64,000 nucleotides of DNA. It comes from Candidatus Latescibacterota bacterium (GTDB taxonomy: Bacteria; Latescibacterota; UBA2968; GCA-2709665). The DNA lies in the NCBI GenBank assembly GCA_965248435.1, contig OZ252100.1, positions 3,264,001 to 3,328,000 on the forward strand, given 5' to 3'. The notes beneath the pieces are model-generated. The model was not told the DNA's origin. It was given only the letters and a program-made list of their open reading frames with translations, and ran no database searches. Positions 38,526 to 48,073 of the stretch are shown here, one piece after another; position 1 is the stretch's first letter, and every line of letters starts with the position of its first letter. The translations under genes and the position numbers were made by a program.

Positions 38526-39680
38526 TTGATGGACGGCGAAATGCACACAGCTGTGCGAAAGCGGCTCTTTACTCCAGGGCCGACACCGATTCCAGACCTC
38601 GTCCAGAGGTCCATGGCAAACACCCCTATCTACCATCGCGGCCCGGATTTTCCTCCACTGATTCGGGGTGTAGTCAGCGGTCTGAAACGGGTCTTCCCGA
38701 CTGGTGACGAACTCTTTATTCTGTCCAGTTCCGGAACCGGTGCGATGGAAGCTGCCGTTGTCAACACGCTTTCTGAAGGAGATCGCGTGCTGGTTGCCCA
38801 GGCCGGCCATTTTGGTGCGCGCTGGACAGAAATCTGCAGGACCTACGGGATGGAAGTCGAGACGCTTGATTTTTCGTGGGGTGCCGCGATTGATCCCGAT
38901 GCAGTGGAGAAAGGCCTCAAGAGGGACTCCAGGATCCGGGCAGTCCTGACGACGCACAGTGAAACGTCTACGGGCGCGTTGCACGATATCGAGGCGATCG
39001 GGGCGATCGTTCGTGAAAGGGATGCTCTACTCCTCGTGGATGGCGTGTCGAGCGTGGGCGCACATACATTGCCTACTGATGAATGGGGCGTGGACATCAG
39101 CGTGACGGCATCCCAAAAGGGTTTGATGGCGCCCCCCGGAATGGGCATTATTACCGTTGGATCTCGCGCTTTGGAAGCTCTGGAGCGCTCTGATCTGTCC
39201 AAATATTATCTGGACTTGAGACGATACCGAGCGGCCCTGTCCGAGGGTAGAGGTCCGGCGACGCTCCCAGTAACGCTTTTGGCCGGGCTTTCTACCGCGC
39301 TGAATATGATCTTTCACGAAGGGTTGGAGGCTGTCTGGAATCGCCACGCCCGTCACGCCACCGCTGTTCGTGAGGCCGCGAGCGCGCTCGGTCTTTCACT
39401 TCTTGCTGAACGGCCGTCGAATGCGCTCACTGCGATTTCCCTGCCTGAGGGGCTCGATGGCGTGGTGCTTATGGATTATCTGCAAGAGCGGCACGGCATC
39501 ATCACGGGTGGCGGAATCGGGCATCTGAAGGGAAGGCTGATCCGGATCTCCAATCTTGGATTCGTTAACGATGCAGATATTCTGACAGCGGTCTCGGCCC
39601 TGGAGATGGGTCTTGAGGAGCTGAAGTGGGTTTTTCGAGCCGGATCTGGGGTTGAAGCGGCGGAGGACGTATTGGGATAG
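38526..39680 (+). CDS. class V PLP aminotransferase (alanine-glyoxylate/serine-pyruvate family)
   Basis: LFTPGPT, SSGTGAMEAA, HSETSTG, VDGVSS, ASQKGLMAPPG. Confidence 0.92.
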   Translation: MMDGEMHTAVRKRLFTPGPTPIPDLVQRSMANTPIYHRGPDFPPLIRGVVSGLKRVFPTGDELFILSSSGTGAMEAAVVNTLSEGDRVLVAQAGHFGARWTEICRTYGMEVETLDFSWGAAIDPDAVEKGLKRDSRIRAVLTTHSETSTGALHDIEAIGAIVRERDALLLVDGVSSVGAHTLPTDEWGVDISVTASQKGLMAPPGMGIITVGSRALEALERSDLSKYYLDLRRYRAALSEGRGPATLPVTLLAGLSTALNMIFHEGLEAVWNRHARHATAVREAASALGLSLLAERPSNALTAISLPEGLDGVVLMDYLQERHGIITGGGIGHLKGRLIRISNLGFVNDADILTAVSALEMGLEELKWVFRAGSGVEAAEDVLG

Positions 39681-39691
39681 GGACCTGAGAC

Positions 39692-39744
39692 CGTGGATCG
39701 TCCCCTCGACGGGGCTCGGGACAGGCGTTCGTCGGTCGTGGTTC
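39692..39744. repeat. CGTGGAT heptamer array interrupted by a CCCCTCGACGGGGCTCGGGACAGG mini-element
   Basis: CGTGGAT-CGT-[24 bp]-CGTT-CGTCGGT-CGTGGTT. Confidence 0.7.
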
Positions 39745-39796
39745 GCAGGATATTTCAACATTCTAGACAAGCAGGTTTGATTCAAGGAGACTGAAT

Positions 39797-41077
39797 ATGT
39801 CCGTGCGGATTGTTCTCGGGGCTCAGTGGGGGGATGAGGGGAAGGCCAAGGTCGTGGATTATCTGACGAATGATTCAGATATCGTTGTCAGATACCAGGG
39901 TGGGGCGAACGCCGGGCACACGATCAAAGTCGACGACGAAGAATTCATTTTTCACCTCATCCCGGCAGGCATTGTTCGTCCGGACAAGATCTGTGTGATC
40001 GCCAACGGGGTCGTGATGGACCCAGAGGCCCTCTTCCGTGAAATTGAGGAACTTGAAGGACGCGGGATCGAGGTTGGAGATCGGATTAAGATCAGCCAGA
40101 GCGCGCACGTTGTGATGCCCTATCACATGGTCCTCGAGAAGGCGAGCGAAGAGAAGATCGGGGATGCTCGAATCGGGACGACGATGCGCGGGATCGGGCC
40201 CTGCTATAGAGACAAGATCAACCGGTCCTCAGGCATCCGTGTGGGGGATATGCTGGACCGCGACTTCCTTCCGGAGAAGATCCGCGCCAACGTTCGGGAA
40301 AAGAACGAGATTCTCACCAAAGTCTATGGATATGAGCCCATGGACGCGGTGCCGATTCTAGAAGCCTACGCGGCATATGGAGAGCGCATCACACCTTTCG
40401 TGACAGACACCTCGGTCTATCTGAATGAGGCGATCGATTCGGGAAAGAGCATTCTATTCGAGGGGTCTCAGGGCACGCTCCTGGATATCGATCATGGAAC
40501 ATACCCTTACGTCACTTCTTCTAATACCACGGCAGGGGGAGCCTGCGCCGGATCCGGGATTGGGCCGACGAGGATCGACGAGGTTGTGGGCGTGGTAAAG
40601 GCTTACGCTACCCGGGTCGGGAACGGGCCTTTCCCGACAGAGCTCGCTGATGAACTCGGTCAACAAATTCGGGACACCGGGCACGAGTACGGCTCGACGA
40701 CCGGACGCCCCAGGCGCTGCGGATGGTATGACTCGGTCGTGGTCCGGCTGGCATGCAGAGTGAACGGATTCTCCAGCCTGGCCATTACCCGTCTTGACAT
40801 CCTGGACGAACTGGAAGAAATCAAGATTTGCACCCACTATGAGCACAAAGGGACCCAGCTGGAACACTTTCCTGCCGATCTGAATGTCTTGCAGACGTGT
40901 GAGCCGGTCTACGAGACACTGACGGGCTGGCAAACGCCTACCCCCCAGGTTCGAACGATGGATGGGCTGCCAGAAAATGCCAGGAAGTATCTGGAACGCA
41001 TCAGCACGCTCGCCGATACGCCTATCTCCCTGGTCTCCGTCGGCCCGGAGCGGGACGAGACGATTGTGATCGACTGA
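39797..41077 (+). CDS. purA: adenylosuccinate synthetase
   Basis: GAQWGDEGK, GGANAGHT, EGSQGTLLDIDHGTYPYVTSS, TTGRPRRCGW. Confidence 0.98.
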   Translation: MSVRIVLGAQWGDEGKAKVVDYLTNDSDIVVRYQGGANAGHTIKVDDEEFIFHLIPAGIVRPDKICVIANGVVMDPEALFREIEELEGRGIEVGDRIKISQSAHVVMPYHMVLEKASEEKIGDARIGTTMRGIGPCYRDKINRSSGIRVGDMLDRDFLPEKIRANVREKNEILTKVYGYEPMDAVPILEAYAAYGERITPFVTDTSVYLNEAIDSGKSILFEGSQGTLLDIDHGTYPYVTSSNTTAGGACAGSGIGPTRIDEVVGVVKAYATRVGNGPFPTELADELGQQIRDTGHEYGSTTGRPRRCGWYDSVVVRLACRVNGFSSLAITRLDILDELEEIKICTHYEHKGTQLEHFPADLNVLQTCEPVYETLTGWQTPTPQVRTMDGLPENARKYLERISTLADTPISLVSVGPERDETIVID

Positions 41078-41191
41078 AGGCCCCCGATTTCGCTGTGCCT
41101 GTCGCTGGGGAACTGATTGATTTCGGAGCAAAGTTCAGTATATTTGCTGGTGTTCTGAAGCATAAACGGTGAATTTTCGTGGAGATAAGGC

Positions 41192-41773
41192 ATGGGCAAC
41201 GGATCCCTGAATCGGGATGAAGTCCTGAGCAAGATTCGGGAAACTGGCAGTCTGATTGAGGAAGATCTCAGCGGGATCGACCTGGAAGGCGAGGACCTTT
41301 CTGGCGTCGACTTTTCACGGGCCAAGCTGGACAACGCGCGATTGAAGGGGGCCCGGCTCGTGGAGACACGGTTACACGAGACAAGCCTGATCCGAGCGGA
41401 TCTGAGCGGGTGCAACTTAGAAAAGGCCTATCTCGTTGCCGCCAAGCTGCTTGGGGCAAACCTTCACGGGGCACACCTCGAGGAGGCGTTTCTCTCCGGA
41501 GCGGATGTGGGAGGCGCCGACTTCAGCGGGGCCAATCTCAGGCGGGCACAGATCGGTGTGATCAATGCCGCATTTCCGAATCCATCGGGACGAGCGACCC
41601 GGTTCCGAGGTGCGAACCTTCAAGACGCCGTCGTAAACGCAACAGACTTCAGGGGTGTGGATCTCCGCGGCGCCAACCTGAAGGGGGCCTATCTCTACGA
41701 GGCCAAACTGAGAGGGGCGATTGTCGAAAGCGGTCAATTCGAAGGTGCGATAACGAGGGCGGAGTCATTCTAG
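41192..41773 (+). CDS. pentapeptide repeat protein
   Basis: A(D/N)LxG pentapeptide repeats throughout. Confidence 0.9.
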   Translation: MGNGSLNRDEVLSKIRETGSLIEEDLSGIDLEGEDLSGVDFSRAKLDNARLKGARLVETRLHETSLIRADLSGCNLEKAYLVAAKLLGANLHGAHLEEAFLSGADVGGADFSGANLRRAQIGVINAAFPNPSGRATRFRGANLQDAVVNATDFRGVDLRGANLKGAYLYEAKLRGAIVESGQFEGAITRAESF

Positions 41774-41775
41774 AC

Positions 41776-42798
41776 GTGAAAAATCGAGCTGTCGACAAGC
41801 TGAACAGGCCGTTGAAGGACCTGAGGGTATCCGTGACGGACCGGTGCAACTTTCGTTGCACTTACTGCATGCCGGCCGAGATTTTCGGGGAGAAGTACGA
41901 ATTTCTGCCTAAGGATGAGATCCTGACCTTCGAGGAGATTACCCGGCTGGTAAGGCTGTTCGTCGAACTCGGCGTAGACAAGATCAGAATCACGGGCGGT
42001 GAACCTCTGTTACGACACGAGCTCGAGACGCTTGTTGAGCAAATCTCACGGATTGATGGCATTTCCGTCGTGACGCTAACGACGAACGGCGTGCTTTTAC
42101 CGAAGATGGCGAGTTCCCTCAAGGAGGCCGGACTGGGAAGGATCACGGTGAGCCTCGACTCGCCGGATGATGAGGTCTTCAAAGAATTGAACGGCATCGG
42201 ATCGAGTGTGGAAATGGTGCTGGATGGAATCCGAGCTGCCGAGGCGGCGGGGTTCGAACAGATCAAGATCAATGCGGTTGTTCAAAAGGGCGTCAACGAC
42301 CACACGCTAGTGGATCTCGCAGCCCGATTCCGTGGGACGGGTCACATCGTTCGATTTATCGAGTTTATGGATGTGGGTACGCTCAACGGTTGGGAAATGG
42401 GCCAGGTGGTTTCGGCGGAAGAGATCGTGAAGAGGATCGGCGAAGTTTTCCCGCTCGAACCTATCGCTCCAAATTATAGGGGGGAGGTCGCCAACCGCTA
42501 TCGCTACCTGGATGGTGAGGGAGAGATCGGGATTATCGCTTCCGTTACCAAGCCCTTTTGCGGAGACTGCACTCGGGCCAGACTTTCGACCGACGGCAAG
42601 CTCTACACGTGCTTGTTCGCAAACAGTGGAACGGATCTGAGGAAACCCATCAGGGCGGGTGCGCGCGATGCAGACATAATCGACCTTATCGATGAAGTCT
42701 GGCGACGGCGGGAAGATCGGTATTCTGAACTTCGATCGATCGAGACCGCCGAAGCGGGCAACATCCCAAAGGTAGAGATGTACCAGATCGGCGGGTGA
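41776..42798 (+). CDS. moaA: GTP 3',8-cyclase
   Basis: LRVSVTDRCNFRCTYCMP, FCGDCTRARL..CLF, C-terminal IGG; start GTG 41776. Confidence 0.97.
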   Translation: MKNRAVDKLNRPLKDLRVSVTDRCNFRCTYCMPAEIFGEKYEFLPKDEILTFEEITRLVRLFVELGVDKIRITGGEPLLRHELETLVEQISRIDGISVVTLTTNGVLLPKMASSLKEAGLGRITVSLDSPDDEVFKELNGIGSSVEMVLDGIRAAEAAGFEQIKINAVVQKGVNDHTLVDLAARFRGTGHIVRFIEFMDVGTLNGWEMGQVVSAEEIVKRIGEVFPLEPIAPNYRGEVANRYRYLDGEGEIGIIASVTKPFCGDCTRARLSTDGKLYTCLFANSGTDLRKPIRAGARDADIIDLIDEVWRRREDRYSELRSIETAEAGNIPKVEMYQIGG

Positions 42799-42894
42799 TC
42801 GTGCCCGCTGCGGGCAGGGACTTAGGTGTGGGCGCAATGGCCTGCACCTTTCGTCATTGATGCGTGAGGCTGTTCGTTGCTCTTCCAAGGAGGT

Positions 42895-44010
42895 ATGGTT
42901 TTGTCTGAGGCCCTGGCCCCCACATCGACGGATCAAGCCCATTCTATAGATCCGAACGCCGTATCCCTGATCGACAGCGATGTACACAATTATCCAGATA
43001 CGATCGATGAACTCATGCCATTTCTCTCGGAGCGATGGCAGGCGTACATCAAACAGTCGGGGTTCAAACGTCCACCGATAGAACATTATCCCAAGGTGTA
43101 CCAAGCCGCCGCTCGCAGGGACGCGTGGCCGCCGAGTGGCAAGATTCCTGGAAGTGACCCGGAATTTTCCCGCGCCCAGCTGCTGGATGAATGGAAAATC
43201 GACTATGCTATCCTGAATCCGCTCTATTTCGTTTCAGGGATCCACAACCCGGATTTTGCCAATGCGTTGATGCGAGCAATTAACGATTGGACTGCTTCGG
43301 TCTGGCTCGACTCGGATGCACGCTGGCGCGGATCTATCATGCCCAACGTGCGCGATCCGCAAAGCGCGGCGGAGGAGATTCGTCGGGTTGCTCAAGACCG
43401 TCGTTTTGTCCAGGTGCTTCTTATGGTCCGGTCTCACGCGCCCTACGGTCGCAGGGAATTTCTTCCGATCTTCGAGGCCGCGAGCGAAATGGACCTACCC
43501 GTTGGCATTCATTTCGGCGGAGGCGGAAATCCGATCACGGCCTGCGGATGGCCTTCGTATTACATCGAGGATCACACCGGAATGGCGCAGGCCTTCCAGA
43601 CGCAAGTGATCAGTCTGGTCTGCGAGGGCGTTTTCGAGAAGTTTCCCAAGACTCGGGTTGCACTCATCGAGGGCGGGTTCGCCTGGCTCCCGGCATTGAT
43701 GTGGCGGCTGGACAAGAATTTCAGGGGACTTCGGAGCGAGGTGCCCTGGCTCAAGCGTGCGCCCAGTGAGTACATCCTGGAGCACTTCCGTGCGACGACT
43801 CAGCCTATGGAAGAACCCCAGGATCCAAAACACCTGGTGCAGGTCCTGGACATGATCGGGAGAGATGATTTCCTCCTGTTCGCCACAGACTACCCGCACT
43901 GGGATTTCGATTCGCCTGATCGTGCGCTTCCGGGAATCCTCCCGGATGAACTCGTGAGGGCTATCAAGGCGACAAACGCCCTAAGATTCTATGACTTCGA
44001 ATCTGCGTGA
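42895..44010 (+). CDS. amidohydrolase_2 family metalloenzyme
   Basis: IDSDVH, GIHFGG, LIEGGFAW, FATDYPHWDFD; start ATG 42895 or TTG 42901. Confidence 0.9.
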   Translation: MVLSEALAPTSTDQAHSIDPNAVSLIDSDVHNYPDTIDELMPFLSERWQAYIKQSGFKRPPIEHYPKVYQAAARRDAWPPSGKIPGSDPEFSRAQLLDEWKIDYAILNPLYFVSGIHNPDFANALMRAINDWTASVWLDSDARWRGSIMPNVRDPQSAAEEIRRVAQDRRFVQVLLMVRSHAPYGRREFLPIFEAASEMDLPVGIHFGGGGNPITACGWPSYYIEDHTGMAQAFQTQVISLVCEGVFEKFPKTRVALIEGGFAWLPALMWRLDKNFRGLRSEVPWLKRAPSEYILEHFRATTQPMEEPQDPKHLVQVLDMIGRDDFLLFATDYPHWDFDSPDRALPGILPDELVRAIKATNALRFYDFESA

Positions 44011-44356
44011 CATCGGGGCCGAGTCCGATTTTGAAGGCGGCAGGCCCTACGGAGTGGATGTGGACGGCCGGGCCCTGGTGGTCGTTCGGAAAGGGGATAC
44101 TTTCTATGCCGTGAGGGATACCTGCGCCCACCAGGGGGCGCGACTGTCGAATGGCCGCGTCGGGGGCACCACACTTCCGTGCGAGCCTGGATCCCCAGTC
44201 CCTTACGGCCGTTGCGGGGAGGTCCTGACCTGCCCGTGGCACGGGTGGGAGTACGATCTGACCACGGGTCAGACCCTGGCAGACCCCTGTGGTGCTAGAG
44301 TTCGTTCTTATCCTGCGCGGCTCGAAGGGGGTCGCGTCTTCGTCGAATTGAAATGA
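43991..44356 (+). CDS. Rieske [2Fe-2S] protein
   Basis: CAHQG and CPWHGWEYD; overlaps the amidohydrolase stop. Confidence 0.92.
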   Translation: MTSNLRDIGAESDFEGGRPYGVDVDGRALVVVRKGDTFYAVRDTCAHQGARLSNGRVGGTTLPCEPGSPVPYGRCGEVLTCPWHGWEYDLTTGQTLADPCGARVRSYPARLEGGRVFVELK

Positions 44357-44377
44357 GTTCCGACTGGCGCAAAAGGC

Positions 44378-44434
44378 TTGACAGATCTTGTTTTTTGGTT
44401 ATTTTGGATAATTGATATAAAGTTGATCAAGTTA
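44378..44434 (+). promoter_or_regulatory. sigma70-type promoter with downstream palindromic candidate operator
   Basis: TTGACA-16-TATTTT, then TTGAT-N9-ATCAA (44412-44430). Confidence 0.5.
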
Positions 44435-44494
44435 CTAAACAATACTTTCCCGTCTTGATCCGAAGTCGATTCCACCCGAAGAAAAGGCGGTTTC

Positions 44495-46759
44495 ATGATG
44501 AGCAACCCAACGACCTGGAAAGAAAAGCTTGCTGATCGAATTCCGGAAGACCTCGGACGAGAGGTCGATATCTTCGAGACCCAGATCGAGCTGAGAAAAC
44601 AGGGCAAGGTCAATGAGGTTGTCTTCGCGGAGACGCGTCTCCGGCGAGGGGTCTACGGACAACGGTATGACAACGGGCAGCGCTTCGACGGGGCGCGAAC
44701 GAAGGCGCTCAATTATCCGAACGGTGACCTGATTAAGGGCCCTGACACGGTTTGGGATGCCCCAGGAATGCAGCGGATCAAGATTCCGTTCGGCGGCCTG
44801 ACCGCAGAACAGATGGACGTTCTGGCCGATCTTTCTGAGGAGTATTCAGACGCGATCTGCCACGTGACCACCCGCCAGGATATTCAGCTTCACTTCGTTC
44901 ATATCGATGACACCCTCGACATCATGCGCCGGCTGGCCGCAGTAGGAATTACGACCCAGGAGGCCTGCGGCAACTCGGTGCGAAACGTAACGGCCTGTCC
45001 GCTTTCCGGGGTTTGCAGAGGTGAGGCCTTCGACGTTACCCCTTACGCCAGGGGTTGTTCGAAATTCCTTCTTGGTCATCCGGACGCCCAGGATTTCGGG
45101 CGAAAATTCAAGATCGCCTTCTCTGGCTGCAAGCACGAGGCCTGCGGTCTGACCAGCATGCACGATATGGGCGCGATTGCGGTCAAACGCGTCGTTGACG
45201 GGGAAGAGAGGCGCGGGTTCGAGCTCTACGTGGGCGGTGGGCTCGGTGCGGTGCCTCACCAGGCCAAGCTCTTCGATGAATTTCTGGCCGAAGAGGAGCT
45301 CCTTCCGACAGCACAGGCGATGGCGCGTGTCTTCGCGAGGCTGGGAGAAAAGCGCAATCGAGCTCGTGCACGCATCAAGTTCCTGGTCGCCAAGCTAGGC
45401 ATCGATGAATTCCGCCGGCTCGTGCTCGAGGAGCGCGAGAGGCTGTCGGAGGACCCGGAATGGACCGCTTTTTTTTCCGACCTGAATGCTTACGATGAAA
45501 CGCCCCTGAGGATCGCTCAACCGCTGAACGGCCGCGCGATGCCGGAAGGGTTTGATGAGTGGTATCGGACTAACGTCTACGAGCAACGCCAGGAGGGGTA
45601 CACCGTCGTGACCGTGACACTGCCCCTCGGTGACATTACTGCCAATCAGCTTCGTTCCCTTGCAGAGTTATCCCGGCGCTTCGTGAAGGACTCCGTCCGT
45701 ACCACGGTTGAACAGAATGTCGTGTTGAGGTGGGTAAGTGCGGCAGATGTGCCTGAGCTGTATGCCGCCCTGAAAGAGATCGGTCTGGATGAGCCTGGGG
45801 CCGGGACGATCGTGGACGTGACGGCCTGCCCGGGCACCGATACCTGTAAGCTCGGTATTGCGTCCTCCCGGGGCCTCGCGGCCGAGCTTCGCACCCGCCT
45901 GGCGGAAAAGAGTCTGGAGCTGGATCAGGCCGTCGAGAACCTCCGGATCAAGATCAGCGGATGTTTCAACTCGTGCGGCCAGCACCACGTCGCCGACCTG
46001 GGGTTTTACGGGATCAGCCGCAAGTTGAACGGTTTCACCGTTCCACACTTTCAGGTGGTCCTTGGCGGTCAGTGGAGTGAAAACGCGGCCTCCTATGGAC
46101 TCCCCGTCGCGGCCGTGCCATCCAAACGTATTCCCGATGTGGTGGCCCGAATTACCGAAAGTTTTATTCAGGGCCGGACAAACGGGGAGAGCTTCCAGGA
46201 GTTCGTGAAGCGGATTGGGAAAAAAGAGGTGAAGGGATTGCTCGAGGACCTGACGGAAGTTCCCGAGCACGAGGCGGATCGATCTTTCTATCAAGATTGG
46301 GGAGACACTCGAGAATTCACGACCGGGGATATGGCCAAGGGAGAATGCGCAGGAGAAGTGGTCCCGCTCGTCGAGTTCGAGCTTACCGGGAGCGAACGCG
46401 AAGCGTTCGAGTCCCAGATCCAGCTGGATGAAGGGGACCATGTGGGCGCTGCCAGGACTGCTTACACGGCTATGTTACACGCGGCCAAGGCGCTCGTGAA
46501 GACGCAGTTCCTGGATGTTCCCGAAGAGCCGGATCGGATTGTGGATGAGTTTCGTAAACGGTTTTACGACACCGAGCTTTTCTTCGACCGATTCGCGAAG
46601 GATAAATTTGCCAACTACCTGTTTCGCGCCCACGGTCTCGAGCGTGAGGCGAAAGATACATGTACGGTGGACATGGCCCGTGAGCGGATCGAGGAAGCCC
46701 AGCTGTTCATCGAGGCGGCCTACAGCTGCCAGGGTAAGATGAACGTCGTGTCGGCGTAA
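44495..46759 (+). CDS. ferredoxin-dependent nitrite/sulfite reductase with C-terminal HEPN-like extension
   Basis: HVTTRQDIQ, ACGNSVRN, RKFKIAFSGC, ACPGTDTCKLG, SGCFNSCGQH (siroheme/4Fe-4S ligands). Confidence 0.92.
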   Translation: MMSNPTTWKEKLADRIPEDLGREVDIFETQIELRKQGKVNEVVFAETRLRRGVYGQRYDNGQRFDGARTKALNYPNGDLIKGPDTVWDAPGMQRIKIPFGGLTAEQMDVLADLSEEYSDAICHVTTRQDIQLHFVHIDDTLDIMRRLAAVGITTQEACGNSVRNVTACPLSGVCRGEAFDVTPYARGCSKFLLGHPDAQDFGRKFKIAFSGCKHEACGLTSMHDMGAIAVKRVVDGEERRGFELYVGGGLGAVPHQAKLFDEFLAEEELLPTAQAMARVFARLGEKRNRARARIKFLVAKLGIDEFRRLVLEERERLSEDPEWTAFFSDLNAYDETPLRIAQPLNGRAMPEGFDEWYRTNVYEQRQEGYTVVTVTLPLGDITANQLRSLAELSRRFVKDSVRTTVEQNVVLRWVSAADVPELYAALKEIGLDEPGAGTIVDVTACPGTDTCKLGIASSRGLAAELRTRLAEKSLELDQAVENLRIKISGCFNSCGQHHVADLGFYGISRKLNGFTVPHFQVVLGGQWSENAASYGLPVAAVPSKRIPDVVARITESFIQGRTNGESFQEFVKRIGKKEVKGLLEDLTEVPEHEADRSFYQDWGDTREFTTGDMAKGECAGEVVPLVEFELTGSEREAFESQIQLDEGDHVGAARTAYTAMLHAAKALVKTQFLDVPEEPDRIVDEFRKRFYDTELFFDRFAKDKFANYLFRAHGLEREAKDTCTVDMARERIEEAQLFIEAAYSCQGKMNVVSA

Positions 46760-46833
46760 GCCTAAGGATCATACAGGACCGAGGAGGTTTGGACCAGGGG
46801 CTTCAGGTCGGGTTCCTGGTCCTTTTCCATCAC

Positions 46834-47403
46834 GTGGACATACACAAGATAGACATAAAGTTCTACCTGTACGAGGGAGGGGAGCTTGAACCTGAGACCT
46901 GGTTCAGGACCTTCAATTCGTGGATCTCGGACACATCGGACGAAGTCCTTGTAGACGTGACCGATTACAGCCACGTTCATGCCGGCCCTGTGACGCTTCT
47001 GGTGGGGCACGACGCGAATTACAGCATCGACAACACGGATGAAATGCCCGGGCTGCTCTACCAGCGGAAGGGTCGTCTGGAAGGCAGCTTGAGTGACCGG
47101 CTTCGAAGCGTCTTCGCTGCAGCGCTCAAGGCGTGCGGCCGCCTCCAGGCGGACCCCCTGGTGGAGGGGCGCGTCAAGTTCCGGGGAGATGAAGTTCTGC
47201 TTATCGTGAACGATCGGCTCAGGGCGCCGAACACGGAAGAGACGTTTGGGGCCATTCGACCTGACCTGGTGGAATTGCTAAAAAAGCTGTTCAGTGGGGC
47301 AGAATACGCACTGGAACGGGATCCGGATCCCAAACATAGATTCAGCCTTCGTGTCAAGGTGAGCGGATCCTTTGAAATATATAACTTGTTGGAAAACATT
47401 TAG
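46834..47403 (+). CDS. hypothetical protein co-located with nitrite/sulfite reductase
   Basis: open frame with VDVTDYSHVHAGP and NDRLRAPN motifs; start GTG 46834 or TTG 46789. Confidence 0.7.
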   Translation: MDIHKIDIKFYLYEGGELEPETWFRTFNSWISDTSDEVLVDVTDYSHVHAGPVTLLVGHDANYSIDNTDEMPGLLYQRKGRLEGSLSDRLRSVFAAALKACGRLQADPLVEGRVKFRGDEVLLIVNDRLRAPNTEETFGAIRPDLVELLKKLFSGAEYALERDPDPKHRFSLRVKVSGSFEIYNLLENI

Positions 47404-47426
47404 ATATACTAAAAAACCTTTAATGC

Positions 47427-47454
47427 TTGACAAAAGATAAGAAGTCTTTATATT
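47427..47454 (+). promoter_or_regulatory. sigma70-type promoter for ferredoxin
   Basis: TTGACA-16-TATATT. Confidence 0.6.
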
Positions 47455-47552
47455 TCCGAAAGTCAGCGAGGAAAGGCGCCGTTTAATCCGAATTTTCTGC
47501 GCCTTCCCGGAATAATACGGTTGTGTGAAATACACTGAAGGGGACAAGAGGG

Positions 47553-47816
47553 ATGGCTTATATCATCGCCGAGCCGTGTGTTGACGTTATGGACCGAGCC
47601 TGCGTTGAGGTCTGTCCGGTGGATTGCATATACGAGCCCGAAGCGACCAATTTACCGGAGGATGAACAGAGAAAGATGCTCTACATTCACCCCGAAGAGT
47701 GCATCGACTGCGGGGCTTGTGAGCCGGAATGCCCGGTAGAGGCGATATTTGAAGAAGAAGATACTCCCGAAGAGTGGAAGGAGTACATCGAAATCAACGC
47801 AAAGGCGTTCGAATAG
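47553..47816 (+). CDS. fdxA: 7Fe (3Fe-4S/4Fe-4S) ferredoxin
   Basis: [17 protein letters not shown] and [12 protein letters not shown]. Confidence 0.93.
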   Translation: MAYIIAEPCVDVMDRACVEVCPVDCIYEPEATNLPEDEQRKMLYIHPEECIDCGACEPECPVEAIFEEEDTPEEWKEYIEINAKAFE

Positions 47817-47850
47817 ATCTTTTCCGCTGCGAGGGCGGAGAGCCGTTGGG

Positions 47851-47893
47851 AAATGTCCGAATCAGTTGTCGATTCGGACATTTTGCTTTGTTT
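47851..47893 (+). terminator. intrinsic terminator after ferredoxin
   Basis: perfect 13-bp stem AAATGTCCGAATC/GATTCGGACATTT with a T-rich tail. Confidence 0.75.
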
Positions 47894-48073
47894 GTGCTCT
47901 CGTTTTCCGTGTGTTATATTATTCTGTACTACAGTTCGGAGGTAAGGGCCCAAGCCCCCGGATAGTAACCTCCCCTCGAGTCATTCAGAACCTGCCAAAC
48001 CAGACTGCCTCCCCGATCATTAACCGGGTGTTCGGATAGATTGACGTTTTTTAGAGCGAGAGGTTGAGTTCCA

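Noticed and set aside
41410-41775. 122-aa N-terminal extension of MoaA in the ORF track
   Set aside because: It overlaps the pentapeptide gene in another frame; MoaA homology begins at GTG 41776.
44412-44430. FNR/CRP box
   Set aside because: The half-sites are separated by 9 bp rather than 4.
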